Assembly (NCBI GenBank): GCA_964275345.1
Contig: CAXYBK010000003.1
Coordinates: forward strand, 569,636-633,635
Length of the DNA: 64,000 nt
DNA from: an uncultured SAR86 cluster bacterium
Lineage (GTDB): Bacteria > Pseudomonadota > Gammaproteobacteria > Magnimaribacterales > D2472
Direction: 5' to 3'
A program made the translations under genes and the position numbers. How positions within the stretch are numbered: position 1 is the stretch's first letter; each line of letters opens with the position of its first letter. The notes beneath the pieces were generated by a model. It had not been told where the DNA came from, ran no database searches, and saw only the letters and a program-made list of their open reading frames with translations. This document shows, piece by piece, positions 1 to 10,189 of the stretch.

Positions 1-1273
1 TAGCAATATTTTCTAAAATTGATTCGTCTTGAATTTGCACTAAACCTTTTTCTTCAATAATTTCATCAATATCATTTCCTGAAATCCAAACTTCCTCAAG
101 AACAGATTTAGCAATTTTCCCTGAAATAGTTTTATCTGAAATTCTTTCAATTAGTTTTGCAAAATTAACTGAAGATAATTTTGACTCCTCAATGCTTATG
201 TTATCTTTATTTAATAGAGCGCTCACATCTCCCACAAGCCACTTAGCTATAAGACTAGAGTCTTTTGTCTTTTCAGAAGCATCTTCAAAGAGATTAGCCA
301 TCGCTTTAGAGGAAGCAAGAATCTTTGCCTCAGATTCCTCTAAATTATGCTCATTGATAAATCTTATCTCTTTTTGCTTGGGAAGTTCAGGTAGAGTGCT
401 TTTTATTTCCTCTAGCTCATTGTCTGAAATAACTACTGGGAGTAAATCTGGTTCAGGGAAATATCTATAATCATTTGCAGCTTCTTTTGAGCGCATAGAT
501 CTTGTTTCATTCTTAACGCTATCATACAGTCTGGTTTCCTGAACAATGCTTTCACCTTTTTCTAATAATTTAATCTGTCTTGCAACTTCAAAATGAATTG
601 CTCTTTCAATAAATTTAAATGAATTAATGTTTTTAATCTCAGCTCTGGTTCCAAGAACATCATTATCATGTTTTTTAACAGATACATTTACATCGCAACG
701 CATAGACCCTTGAGACATATTCCCATCACAAATATCTAAAAAGGTAACCAGCTGATGAATAGCTTTAAAGTATGCAACTGCCTCTTTAGCACTAGATATT
801 TCTGGTTCTGAAACTATTTCTAATAGGGGAGTTCCTGCTCGATTTAAGTCAATTCCAGTTTCTCCATCAAATAAATCATGTATAGATTTACCAGCATCTT
901 CTTCTAAATGTGCCCTAGTGATATTAATAAGCTTTTCATCACCATCAACATTTATAACAATCGAGCCTTTTCCAACAATAGGTTTCTCCATTTGAGTAAT
1001 TTGATAACCTTTAGGTAGATCTGGATAAAAATAATTTTTTCTATCAAACATAGACACTTGATTTATTTCAGCATTTGTAGCTAGGCCAAACCTTATAGCT
1101 TTATAAAAAGCCTCTTTGTTAGCAACTGGAAGAACTCCAGGTAGACCAAGATCAATTAAATCTACTTGTGTATTAGGTTCTGATCCAAAACTAGTAGAAG
1201 CTCCTGAAAAAAGCTTTGTTTTAGTCGATAACTGAACATGAACCTCTAATCCTATTACAGTTTCCCAAGTCAT
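1..1273 (-). CDS. gatB: Asp/Glu-tRNA amidotransferase subunit B (GatB); C-terminal end cut by window edge
   Basis: Absent from the ORF track because it runs off the window. Reverse-strand translation from ATG (1273..1271) reads [50 protein letters not shown]..., a canonical GatB N-terminus. The frame stays open to position 1. Its ATG overlaps the gatA stop (TAATG). Confidence 0.9.
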   Translation of the reverse strand, partial: MTWETVIGLEVHVQLSTKTKLFSGASTSFGSEPNTQVDLIDLGLPGVLPVANKEAFYKAIRFGLATNAEINQVSMFDRKNYFYPDLPKGYQITQMEKPIVGKGSIVINVDGDEKLINITRAHLEEDAGKSIHDLFDGETGIDLNRAGTPLLEIVSEPEISSAKEAVAYFKAIHQLVTFLDICDGNMSQGSMRCDVNVSVKKHDNDVLGTRAEIKNINSFKFIERAIHFEVARQIKLLEKGESIVQETRLYDSVKNETRSMRSKEAANDYRYFPEPDLLPVVISDNELEEIKSTLPELPKQKEIRFINEHNLEESEAKILASSKAMANLFEDASEKTKDSSLIAKWLVGDVSALLNKDNISIEESKLSSVNFAKLIERISDKTISGKIAKSVLEEVWISGNDIDEIIEEKGLVQIQDESILENIA

Positions 1274-2721
1274 TATTTTGTCTCCAAAGGTGGAGTCTTA
1301 AGATGCCAGTCAGTCGTCATTTGAAAATTATGAGCAACATTAAAAAGCAGACTTTCTTGCAGTGAATTTGCAATTAATTGTAATCCTAAAGGCTTATTGT
1401 CCACATACCCATTTGGAATGGATATGCCAGGAAGTCCAGCCAAGTTTGCTGGAACAGTAAATAAATCTTCAAGATACATTTCTATAGGATCGCTCATAGA
1501 TCCTGCTTCAAAAGCAGCCCCTCTTGTAGTGGGAGACATAATTAAATCAACTTTCTTAAATGCATTATCAAAGTCGTTTTTAATTAACCTTCTTACCTGT
1601 TGTGCTTTTTTATAATAGGCATCATAGAACCCAGCAGAGAGAACATATGAGCCAATAAGAATTCTTCTTTTTACTTCATCACCAAACCCTTCAGATCTAC
1701 TTCTAATGTAAAGATCTTCTAAATCTTTTGGATTATCACATCTATTTCCATACCTTATCCCATCAAATCTTGATAGATTAGAGGAGCACTCTGCAGGCGC
1801 GACTACATAGTATGTTGGAACAGATAAATTGATATTAGGAAGTGAGACCTCAACAAACTCAACGCCAAGCGACTCGTAATGTTTTTTTGAATCTTCAAAA
1901 ATTTTAACAACATCATTATCGAGTTTAGATAGATCAAATTCTTTGACTATACCTATTTTTAGACCTTTGATGGGTTTATCGATGCCTTCTGTGAAATCAG
2001 GCACGTCCTCATCTAATGAAGTTGTATCTTTTTTATCATGAGAGCACATTTCATTCATAAGAATTGCACAATCCTCAGCTGTTCTTGCCATAGGACCGGC
2101 TTGATCTAGACTAGACGCAAATGCAATCATTCCCCATCTAGAAATTCTTCCATATGTTGGTTTTATGCCGGTTATTCCACACAAAGAAGCCGGCTGCCTT
2201 ATAGAGCCACCTGTATCAGTGCCTGTTGCAGCTGAAACAATTCCTGCAGCAACGGCAGCAGCGGAACCTCCAGAACTTCCTCCTGGAACCAAATTTTGCC
2301 CCCATGGATTAAGTACATTGCCATAAAAGCTTGTTTCATTAGATGATCCCATGGCAAATTCATCCATATTAGTTTTACCAATCGATATACATCCAGCTGC
2401 TTCAAGATTTTCTATAACAGTTGCAGAATATGGCGGAATGAAATTTGAAAGCATATTCGAGCCACAAGTTGTCCTTAAGTCCTTAGTAACAAAAAGATCT
2501 TTTTGGGCTACAGGTATTCCAGATAAACTTAATTCAGAAGGTTTTTTATCTAACTCACTCGCTTTGATTAAAGCCTTCTCTTTGTCTAATGTTATAAAAG
2601 CATTCAAATGCTTATTATTTTCAACAAGATTGAAAGTTTCTATAGTTAACTCATGATTAGAGATTTCTTTTGATCTAAGCATAAAAGATAACTCTTTAAT
2701 CGTTTTAAATTGGATACTCAT
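1273..2721 (-). CDS. gatA: Asp/Glu-tRNA amidotransferase subunit A (GatA)
   Basis: 482-aa ORF with amidase signature [14 protein letters not shown] and [12 protein letters not shown]. Flanked by gatC and gatB with overlapping stop/start codons. Confidence 0.95.
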   Translation of the reverse strand: MSIQFKTIKELSFMLRSKEISNHELTIETFNLVENNKHLNAFITLDKEKALIKASELDKKPSELSLSGIPVAQKDLFVTKDLRTTCGSNMLSNFIPPYSATVIENLEAAGCISIGKTNMDEFAMGSSNETSFYGNVLNPWGQNLVPGGSSGGSAAAVAAGIVSAATGTDTGGSIRQPASLCGITGIKPTYGRISRWGMIAFASSLDQAGPMARTAEDCAILMNEMCSHDKKDTTSLDEDVPDFTEGIDKPIKGLKIGIVKEFDLSKLDNDVVKIFEDSKKHYESLGVEFVEVSLPNINLSVPTYYVVAPAECSSNLSRFDGIRYGNRCDNPKDLEDLYIRSRSEGFGDEVKRRILIGSYVLSAGFYDAYYKKAQQVRRLIKNDFDNAFKKVDLIMSPTTRGAAFEAGSMSDPIEMYLEDLFTVPANLAGLPGISIPNGYVDNKPLGLQLIANSLQESLLFNVAHNFQMTTDWHLKTPPLETK

Positions 2722-2999
2722 TCGACAACTCTTGGAACTAAAAAGTAATCCTCATTTGCATCAGGAGCATTTTTAAGGAATTGTTCTTTTCTGTTTTTTG
2801 CAGTAATTTCATCTTCTCGCGTTTTAGCGGTTTTCTCAAGAGGGCTTTTAAGAGGCTCGATATCAGAAGTATCGACACCATCCAGTTGATCAACAAACTC
2901 AATTATATTTTCAAGATCTTTAGTAATTTTTTCTTCATTTTCTTTATCAAAAGCAAGTCTCGATAAGTAAGATATAGTTGCAACTGTTTCTTTGTCCAT
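2718..2999 (-). CDS. gatC: Asp/Glu-tRNA amidotransferase subunit C (GatC)
   Basis: 93-aa ORF directly upstream of gatA (4-nt overlap). GatC-like size and C-terminus (..YFLVPRVVE). Divergent from mreB as in Pseudomonas. Confidence 0.85.
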   Translation of the reverse strand: MDKETVATISYLSRLAFDKENEEKITKDLENIIEFVDQLDGVDTSDIEPLKSPLEKTAKTREDEITAKNRKEQFLKNAPDANEDYFLVPRVVE

Positions 3000-3080
3000 A
3001 TATAGGATATTATTATAAATAAGTTGAGAGATGTTAACTCAACTAATTTTTTTTTTACATTATTTTTTTGGAAAACTACA

Positions 3081-4130
3081 TTGGAATTTAATTTATTTAA
3101 AACGGTCAGGGGTTATTTCTCTAATGATCTTTCTATAGACCTTGGGACTGCAAACACTTTAATTTATACAAAAGATGTTGGAATAGTTCTAAATGAACCT
3201 TCTGTGGTTGCAATTAGAGAGTCCAGAGGACAAAAAACAGTTGTTGCTGTTGGAACAGAAGCTAAAAAGATGCTTGGAAGAACTCCTGGTAACATTAAGG
3301 CAATTCGCCCATTGCAAGACGGAGTTATTGCAGACTTTCAAGTTACAGAAAAAATGCTTCAGCATTTTATAGCAAAAGTTCATGAGCAAAGGTTTATTAA
3401 GCCGAGTCCAAGAGTCCTAGTTTGCGTCCCCTGTAGATCAACACAAGTTGAAAGAAGGGCTATTAGGGAATCTGTACTTGGAGCAGGAGCCAGAGACGTA
3501 AAGTTAATTGAAGAACCTATGGCGGCAGCAATTGGAGCAGGTTTACCTGTAGAGGAAGCTTCCGGCAATATGGTTGTGGATATAGGAGGAGGTACTTCTG
3601 AAATCGCTATATTATCTCTAAATGGTGTTGTTTATGCTGAATCTGTGAAGCTTGGTGGTGATAAAATGGATGAAGCCATTACTTCATGGATAAGAAGAAA
3701 TTTTGGGTGTGTTATTGGTGAATCAACAGCAGAAAAAATTAAACAAACTATAGGTTGCTGTACCGAAGAATCTGATAAATTAGAAATGCAAGTTACAGGG
3801 AGAAATCTAGCTGAGGGCATACCAGAGACATTTACTTTAAATAGTGATCAGGTTTTTGATGCAATGAAAGATCCTTTGCTTGGAATTGTTAGAGCTATAA
3901 GGAATGCACTAGAATTAGCACCACCTGAGTTAGCTGCAGATATTGCCGAAAGAGGCATTGTCTTAACTGGAGGAGGTGGTCTCATGAGAGATCTAGATAA
4001 GCTTATTTCAAATTCTACAGGTATTCCTGTAATAGTTGCTGAAGACCCTCTTACTTGTGTTGCTAGAGGTGGAGGTCAGGCTCTAGAAATAATAGATAAA
4101 TATGATATAGACCTACTTTCAACTGAGTAA
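3081..4130 (+). CDS. mreB: Rod-shape determining actin homologue MreB
   Basis: ORF 3024..4130. Similarity to MreB starts at [24 protein letters not shown]. Actin-fold motifs [21 protein letters not shown]. In-frame TTG at 3081 gives an E. coli-like N-terminus; the start (3024 vs 3081) is uncertain. Confidence 0.93.
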   Translation: MEFNLFKTVRGYFSNDLSIDLGTANTLIYTKDVGIVLNEPSVVAIRESRGQKTVVAVGTEAKKMLGRTPGNIKAIRPLQDGVIADFQVTEKMLQHFIAKVHEQRFIKPSPRVLVCVPCRSTQVERRAIRESVLGAGARDVKLIEEPMAAAIGAGLPVEEASGNMVVDIGGGTSEIAILSLNGVVYAESVKLGGDKMDEAITSWIRRNFGCVIGESTAEKIKQTIGCCTEESDKLEMQVTGRNLAEGIPETFTLNSDQVFDAMKDPLLGIVRAIRNALELAPPELAADIAERGIVLTGGGGLMRDLDKLISNSTGIPVIVAEDPLTCVARGGGQALEIIDKYDIDLLSTE

Positions 4131-4135
4131 TTTAG

Positions 4136-4975
4136 ATGGCGAGAATTGCGCCTGGCAATACACCTAAACTTGCATATACATTATTGCTTGTTCTATCGTC
4201 TTTATTTCTATATTTAGATTTACAATATAAAACTTTCACTCCAACAAAAAATTTTTTTAATTCAGCACTGCTTTCAAGCAATTTACTGATAAAAAATATT
4301 TTTTTTAAGCCAATTAGCAATTTATATAATTTAACAACTTCAAAAAACGATTTAATTAAATTAAATCAATCTTTAGAAGATGCTCTTGAAACCACCAGAA
4401 TAGAAAATTTTCTTGTTTTAAATAAAGCAAAATTATTTAAAAATAATAAAGGCTTAATAAATTATATTGAAAGCTCAACTATTAATTCTTTATATGAAAT
4501 AGCAGCAGTTTCATCATTTGATACTAATCAATATAAATGCTGTGATAGTCATAGACTTTTTCTTTTTAATAATTCAACCCCATTTAAAGAGGGAGGAACT
4601 GTTATCAATTCCAAAGGCATATTAGGTCAAATTACAGACTCAAATAATCGTGTAAGTGAAGTTATATTAATAAGTGATATTAATCATTCAATGCCCGTCA
4701 AATTAAATAATTTTTTTTGTAATGCTAGTGGGACAGGAAGACCACGTATTTTAGAATGTAAATATGATTCCTCTTTGTGGCCAGAGTCCTTTTCTATAGG
4801 TGAAAATTTTTATTCATCTGGATTAGGTGGAGTATTCCCAGAGGGTTTATTAATAGGAGACATTACATCAATTAGAATTGATGATGATAATCAAACTATT
4901 ATTGAAATTGAGTCTACAGCTAATCCATTAATCCAAAACCATGTAATGGTTATATACCCTAATGACTTTAAATAA
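4136..4975 (+). CDS. mreC: Rod-shape determining protein MreC
   Basis: 279 aa directly after mreB. N-terminal TM segment (LAYTLLLVLSSLFLYL), then a C-terminal beta-domain with SSGLGGVFPEGLLIGDITSI, matching the conserved MreC GLGGxFPxGLxIG motif. Confidence 0.85.
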   Translation: MARIAPGNTPKLAYTLLLVLSSLFLYLDLQYKTFTPTKNFFNSALLSSNLLIKNIFFKPISNLYNLTTSKNDLIKLNQSLEDALETTRIENFLVLNKAKLFKNNKGLINYIESSTINSLYEIAAVSSFDTNQYKCCDSHRLFLFNNSTPFKEGGTVINSKGILGQITDSNNRVSEVILISDINHSMPVKLNNFFCNASGTGRPRILECKYDSSLWPESFSIGENFYSSGLGGVFPEGLLIGDITSIRIDDDNQTIIEIESTANPLIQNHVMVIYPNDFK

Positions 4976-5435
4976 CTTATTTAAAATTTTTGTTACTATT
5001 ATTTTTGCAAATTATTTAGATTCAAGAATAAATATATTTATGATTGATTATTATCTGAGCTTTTCACTTGGCTTTTTAGTTTTTTGTTTTTGGGTTTTTA
5101 GTCTGCCTAATAATATATATGCACTAACAAGTTTTATAATTGGTTTATCAATTGATCTAATTTTAGGCAGTCCATTTGGATTAAATGCTCTTTTATTTAC
5201 AATATCTTCTTTTTTAATCCATTCATATAGATATTCATTTAGAATATTTTCTTTTCTCCAGATAACGATTTTTTTTGCGCTCTTATCAACATTTTATTTA
5301 GGGTTTATAAATATATTTATGAATACTGCAAATTTCTCTTATCTATTAATATTCTTAAGTTTCTTTTTAAATGGTCTAGCGTGGATATTAATATATATAC
5401 TTATGAATAAATTTAAGAAGAGATTTTATAGATAA
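4962..5435 (+). CDS. mreD: Rod-shape determining protein MreD (polytopic membrane protein)
   Basis: 157 aa, almost entirely hydrophobic helices. Overlaps the mreC 3' end. Call rests on the conserved mreBCD position; sequence conservation is weak. Confidence 0.7.
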   Translation: MTLNNLFKIFVTIIFANYLDSRINIFMIDYYLSFSLGFLVFCFWVFSLPNNIYALTSFIIGLSIDLILGSPFGLNALLFTISSFLIHSYRYSFRIFSFLQITIFFALLSTFYLGFINIFMNTANFSYLLIFLSFFLNGLAWILIYILMNKFKKRFYR

Positions 5436-5439
5436 TAAA

Positions 5440-8400
5440 ATGATGGTATTTAGAAATTTCTTTTTCAATCGAAAATTTCTTTTTTTATTAATAAATATAA
5501 CCTCAATATTACTAATACTAGTTTTAGCATTTAGCATACTTCTGTCAATTAACCCGAATTATGCAACTCGATTTTTAGATAGGTTTTTTATTACAGACTT
5601 TAAAATAGAATATGCAGGCATTACTTCAAATGGACCAATCCTCCATCCAAATATTAAATTTAAAGATTTCAAGTTGCTTAAAGAGAATGAGCTAATAGGT
5701 AAAACTGATAATCTAGAAGTTTCTATTAGCATCATAGAATCCCTTTTATTCAGAAAACCTATTATTCATAATATCGTTATTGATAATGGAATAATTTATC
5801 CTCTTGAAGTAGAAGATGCTTCATTAGAATTTTTAAAAATAAATTCTAATATAAGTTTTAATAAAGATAATTTAATAAATGGCCATATTCATTTTATTCA
5901 AAATAATATTACTGGTGCTTTGTTCTTATCTGCAGATAAAGAGGTGCAAAAATATTTTATAAATCTTCCTGACAATGACTGGCTCTCTTTCTTACCACTT
6001 GGGCTAGATAATAATTTCAAAAAAATTAAATTTTCTATAAAAATGATTGGAGATGATAGAAATAAGTCTTTTAATTCAAATGGATATTTCAGACTAAGTG
6101 GAGAAGAAACTGATTTATTAAAATTTTCTACAATCAAAGGTCAATTTATTCAATCTTACAAAGATGGAACCTCTTTAATATCATTTAGTAATTTAAATGA
6201 ATCATTATTTGCAGAAGAAAATTTACTTTCCATAGATCTATCAAAAAAGATAATTAGACTATCAGATCTAAATTTAGATAAAAATAATATTCAACTTAAC
6301 GCTCTTAAAAATATTAATAAAATCCATCTAACAAATATAACTTATGTATTTGATAAAGATAAAACATTTTTTTCAACGATATTCAAATCTCTTAATTTAA
6401 ATAATATTTACTTAGATTCCATCGAGAATCTCTCCGGGATCATCCTTGCAAATAATGATCTATTGCAACTAAAGACTAAACCTAGCCAGGTAACCTTAAT
6501 AACAAATGATGGATCATCCTCAAGCTTTATACCTTATGGAAGTTCAAGTTTTAATTTTAATAATTCAATCTTAGATACCAAGTTACTCCTAAAAAATAGC
6601 GAAACAAATTTGGAATTTGAGATGTTGAATTATTCAAATGGAGCATACGACTTAAAAGTTTTAGCTAAAGAAATTAGTACAAAATTATTTTTATCATTAT
6701 TTCCTAAGAATCTAATAGAAATTAAAAATAATTTAGCAAATTCTCTCAAATTAGATTCACTCGATCATGTGAAGCTTTCTATTAAAAATGGTTTTTTAGA
6801 TGAATCACTGAATGATTTAAATGGTTCAATTAGTTCTGTAAATTTTGATTATCAAATTAGTCCTACGCAAGTTATTAATTCAGACTTAATCGATTTAAGA
6901 CTTAAAAATAGCAATATTACTATTGCTTTAGGCGAAGGTTCCTATAACTCAATTCCTTTTAAAAATGCAAAAATTCTAATAGATACCTCAGCACAAACTC
7001 TTAATTATTTTTCTGAACATTTATTATCAAATAATAATATTGAATTTGAAGGATTAGATATTACAAACTATCTTGTAGAACAGAATATTAATTTGCCCTT
7101 AAGATCAATTGGGAAGGTGAGTCTTCGTAACCAAGATAATATTAACTTTACTAAGGTATTATTTAATAATCTTGGCCTGAAAATTTTTGAGGAATCTCAG
7201 ATAAAAAATCTTGTTGGAGAAATATTTATAAAAAACTTCAATTCTGCATTTGGTTCAATTGAGGGCAATGGATTTGAACAAAATTTTGAAGCCACTTTAA
7301 TTGGTAAAGACTTATCTGCAAATCCTATATTATCTTTAAATACCCAGTTAGAAATAGATATGGAAGAAATTTTCCCTGGAACTGATTTTTTGCGAATAAA
7401 AGGAAAAGAATTATCAAAGATTCAACTATCTTATAACTCAAGTGAAGGACTAGAAATTAATATATTCACCAATTTATCTAATACAGACATTACCTCAGAT
7501 ATAAATTATTTTAATAAGCCCGTTGGTAATTCTTTAGATACCAAGGTTAATATTTCTAACATAAAAAAACCAAATATCCTGATAAAAAATAATCTATTTG
7601 AAACCTTATTAATCTTAGAAAAAAATAAAATTGATGGCTATTTTAAATCTGGAGATTATTTTAATGAGATTGTTAACTCAACAAAAAACTTTAATAAATT
7701 TAAAATTTATCTAGATATTCCAGAGTTGAACTTTGAAGATCTTAATTTTAATTCATTTGATGGAAATACTTCTAATTCAATGCAAATTGAATATCTTGAA
7801 TTTCATTTTGATAAATTGAAATTACTTGGAAATAATTTTAATGCTCAAACAGGAAAAATTAATATTCTTGGAGATGCCACAAAGCTTACTTTAAAAGGTA
7901 ATGATTTAAACGGAGAAATCTCAATTGGCAGCGACGGCTTTACTAAGATAAATCTAAAGAACTCCAAGATAAAATCATTATCTTTCCCAAAAGAATCAAG
8001 ATCTGAGCAATTTACTAATATTAGATTGATAGGAGAAAATATAAATATTGAAGGAATCAAAATAGATTTATTTGATTTCTATATTTTAGAGAATTCAGAA
8101 GTTATAACAATTGATAACATAAAAGTTCAAAGCAAAATTATCAATATCGAGAAATTAGCACAAGAAGAAAAGGCATATATTAGTTACAACAAGAAAACTG
8201 ATTTATATAAAGTAAAAGGCTCTTATGAGCTTAATAAGATTCCCAAAAATATTAAAAAATATCTAGGATATGATTTTGAATACCTTCAATCTAATATGAA
8301 TGTTGAATGGATAAGTGCTAAGAAGCTTAATAATCTTCAGGGTAAACTGTCTTTTCTTGTTAAAGATCTAAGACTCGAACAAGAAATGCCTAATTCTGTT

Positions 8401-8829
8401 TTAATAACCGCACTTGGAATTTTTAATTTAAAGAGTTTTTTCTCAACAATTTCTGATATAGATCTATCAGATGAGAATCAAAGTAACTTAAATATAAATA
8501 GGGGAGCAGGAAGCTTTATATTTATGAAAGATAGAGCTAGGATCTCAGATCCATTATTCATAGAAACTAATTTTGCAAAGATGAAGTGGATTGGTGACAT
8601 ACAAAAAGATAGGAAAAAAAATCTCTCTGATTTAGATTTATTTCTTGAAATGAGGCTCACTATTTCTGACAACCTCCCTTGGTATGCAGCGTTTCTGGGT
8701 GGCTTTCCAGCCGTTGCTGGCGGAATGGTTATTGGAAGCATCTTTGAAGAAGGAATTAATGATATTTCAACTATTAATTATCAAGTCAAAGGTGACATTA
8801 ATGATCCTAAATTATTAAGACTAGAGTAG
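5440..8829 (+). CDS. AsmA-like / YhdP-family giant envelope protein (putative inter-membrane lipid transport)
   Basis: Uninterrupted 1129-codon ORF in stop-rich AT-rich DNA. N-terminal TM anchor (FLFLLINITSILLILVLAFSILL). Conserved C-terminal module ...NLPWYAAFLGGFPAVAGGMVIGSIFEEGINDISTINYQVKGDINDPKLLRLE resembles the YhdP/AsmA C-terminus. Located downstream of mreBCD, as yhdP is in E. coli and Pseudomonas. Confidence 0.6.
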   Translation: MMVFRNFFFNRKFLFLLINITSILLILVLAFSILLSINPNYATRFLDRFFITDFKIEYAGITSNGPILHPNIKFKDFKLLKENELIGKTDNLEVSISIIESLLFRKPIIHNIVIDNGIIYPLEVEDASLEFLKINSNISFNKDNLINGHIHFIQNNITGALFLSADKEVQKYFINLPDNDWLSFLPLGLDNNFKKIKFSIKMIGDDRNKSFNSNGYFRLSGEETDLLKFSTIKGQFIQSYKDGTSLISFSNLNESLFAEENLLSIDLSKKIIRLSDLNLDKNNIQLNALKNINKIHLTNITYVFDKDKTFFSTIFKSLNLNNIYLDSIENLSGIILANNDLLQLKTKPSQVTLITNDGSSSSFIPYGSSSFNFNNSILDTKLLLKNSETNLEFEMLNYSNGAYDLKVLAKEISTKLFLSLFPKNLIEIKNNLANSLKLDSLDHVKLSIKNGFLDESLNDLNGSISSVNFDYQISPTQVINSDLIDLRLKNSNITIALGEGSYNSIPFKNAKILIDTSAQTLNYFSEHLLSNNNIEFEGLDITNYLVEQNINLPLRSIGKVSLRNQDNINFTKVLFNNLGLKIFEESQIKNLVGEIFIKNFNSAFGSIEGNGFEQNFEATLIGKDLSANPILSLNTQLEIDMEEIFPGTDFLRIKGKELSKIQLSYNSSEGLEINIFTNLSNTDITSDINYFNKPVGNSLDTKVNISNIKKPNILIKNNLFETLLILEKNKIDGYFKSGDYFNEIVNSTKNFNKFKIYLDIPELNFEDLNFNSFDGNTSNSMQIEYLEFHFDKLKLLGNNFNAQTGKINILGDATKLTLKGNDLNGEISIGSDGFTKINLKNSKIKSLSFPKESRSEQFTNIRLIGENINIEGIKIDLFDFYILENSEVITIDNIKVQSKIINIEKLAQEEKAYISYNKKTDLYKVKGSYELNKIPKNIKKYLGYDFEYLQSNMNVEWISAKKLNNLQGKLSFLVKDLRLEQEMPNSVLITALGIFNLKSFFSTISDIDLSDENQSNLNINRGAGSFIFMKDRARISDPLFIETNFAKMKWIGDIQKDRKKNLSDLDLFLEMRLTISDNLPWYAAFLGGFPAVAGGMVIGSIFEEGINDISTINYQVKGDINDPKLLRLE

Positions 8830-10161
8830 AAATATAGTTGCTAATCCTAAAAATGATACAAATCCAACAACATCGGTAACTGTTGTAACAACGACACTTC
8901 CAGCAATGGCTGGATCTTGTTCAAATTTTCTCAGTATCAATGGAACAAAAATACCAGCGACTACTGAACTTATAAGATTGATTATAAGTGCTGCAGCTAT
9001 AAGAAGAGCCAGAGTAGAGTCGCCAAACCAGAAGAATGTACTAAATCCTATTAATATCGCCAACACAAAACCATTTAAAATTGCTACTGCTAACTCTCTT
9101 TTAAATAGCCAAGAAAGGTTTGAAGAATTTATTTGCTCTAAAGTTAAACCTCGCAAAACAATTGTTAAAGTTTGAGTAGCTGCAACGCCACCCATGCTTG
9201 CTACTATTGGCATTAAAACTGCTACAAATACAATTTTATCAATAACATCCTGAAAGATATTAATAGTCATAGCTGCAAGAAATGCAGTAAGTAAATTCAT
9301 ACTTAACCAAAAGACTCTACTTTTTGCAGCTCTTCCTGGAGGCTGAAAGGTATCTTCAGCAATACCTGCCATTCCTAAAAAGTTTTGATCTGCATCTTCT
9401 CTAATAACATCAACAACATCATCAATAGTTATTCGTCCGATTAATTTATTTTTATGATCTACAACTGCAGAAGAAATTAAATCGTTTCTTTCAAATAATG
9501 TAGCAACTTCTTTATCATCCTCGGAAGCATCTATTGGAATAATACTTGTATCCATAACTTCTCTAACTGTAAGACTTGGGTCTGAGGTAATTATAGTTGT
9601 AATTAATAATTCACCAACATAGAGATCATCTGAGGACACTACAAATATCTTGTCTGTATTTTCTGGAAGCTCTTTCTGAGCTCGTAAATAATTCATTACA
9701 ACTTCTATAGTATGCCTTGGCCTTACGCTTATAACGTCAGTATTTAGGAGACCGCCTGCCGAATCCTCTGGGTAGATAAGAGCTTCTTCAATCCTTTGCC
9801 TGTCCCTTGAAGACATTTTACTCAGAATCATATTCATCCTATTTTCAGGAAGATGCTGAAGAATATCTACAATTTCATCAAGCTCTAAGTCAACTACAAC
9901 CTCTGAAAGCTCTTCATTTGAAATCTCTAATAGAAGTTCTTGTTGAATCTCATCTCCCAAGTCAGCTAAGACATCTCCCTCATCTTCATAATCAATTAAT
10001 GACCATAATAATTTTCTTTGCTTGGGAGGAGAGGACTCAAGGCAATGGGCAAGTTCTGCCGAATTCATTTTATTAAGCAATCTTTTGATTTGATTGATTG
10101 ATAAGTTAGAGGACTCATCTAGAAGCCTTGTTAAGCTTTTTTCGTTTAAAGATCTATCCAT
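8821..10161 (-). CDS. mgtE: Magnesium transporter MgtE
   Basis: 446 aa with an N-terminal MgtE_N-like acidic helical region, tandem CBS-like segments (..LIGRITIDDVVDVIRED..) and five C-terminal TM helices (..TDVVGFVSFLGLATIFL). Confidence 0.9.
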   Translation of the reverse strand: MDRSLNEKSLTRLLDESSNLSINQIKRLLNKMNSAELAHCLESSPPKQRKLLWSLIDYEDEGDVLADLGDEIQQELLLEISNEELSEVVVDLELDEIVDILQHLPENRMNMILSKMSSRDRQRIEEALIYPEDSAGGLLNTDVISVRPRHTIEVVMNYLRAQKELPENTDKIFVVSSDDLYVGELLITTIITSDPSLTVREVMDTSIIPIDASEDDKEVATLFERNDLISSAVVDHKNKLIGRITIDDVVDVIREDADQNFLGMAGIAEDTFQPPGRAAKSRVFWLSMNLLTAFLAAMTINIFQDVIDKIVFVAVLMPIVASMGGVAATQTLTIVLRGLTLEQINSSNLSWLFKRELAVAILNGFVLAILIGFSTFFWFGDSTLALLIAAALIINLISSVVAGIFVPLILRKFEQDPAIAGSVVVTTVTDVVGFVSFLGLATIFLL

Positions 10162-10189
10162 TCATTGATTCTACATCAAGAAAATGGTT

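Noticed and set aside
192-470. 92-aa plus-strand ORF at the window start
   Set aside because: It lies entirely antisense to the well-supported gatB reading frame, has low-complexity Ser/Leu-rich sequence and no SD. It is a shadow ORF.
3024-3080. 19-codon N-terminal extension of the mreB ORF ([19 protein letters not shown]..)
   Set aside because: It has no counterpart in MreB proteins and is encoded by a T-run-rich promoter-like sequence. In-frame TTG 3081 restores an E. coli-like N-terminus.
5440-8829. Possibility that the Asn/Ile/Lys-rich 3.4-kb stretch is non-coding or degenerate low-complexity DNA
   Set aside because: An uninterrupted 1129-codon frame is extremely unlikely by chance in stop-codon-rich AT-rich sequence. 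Both termini also carry recognisable features (a TM anchor and a YhdP-like C-terminal module).
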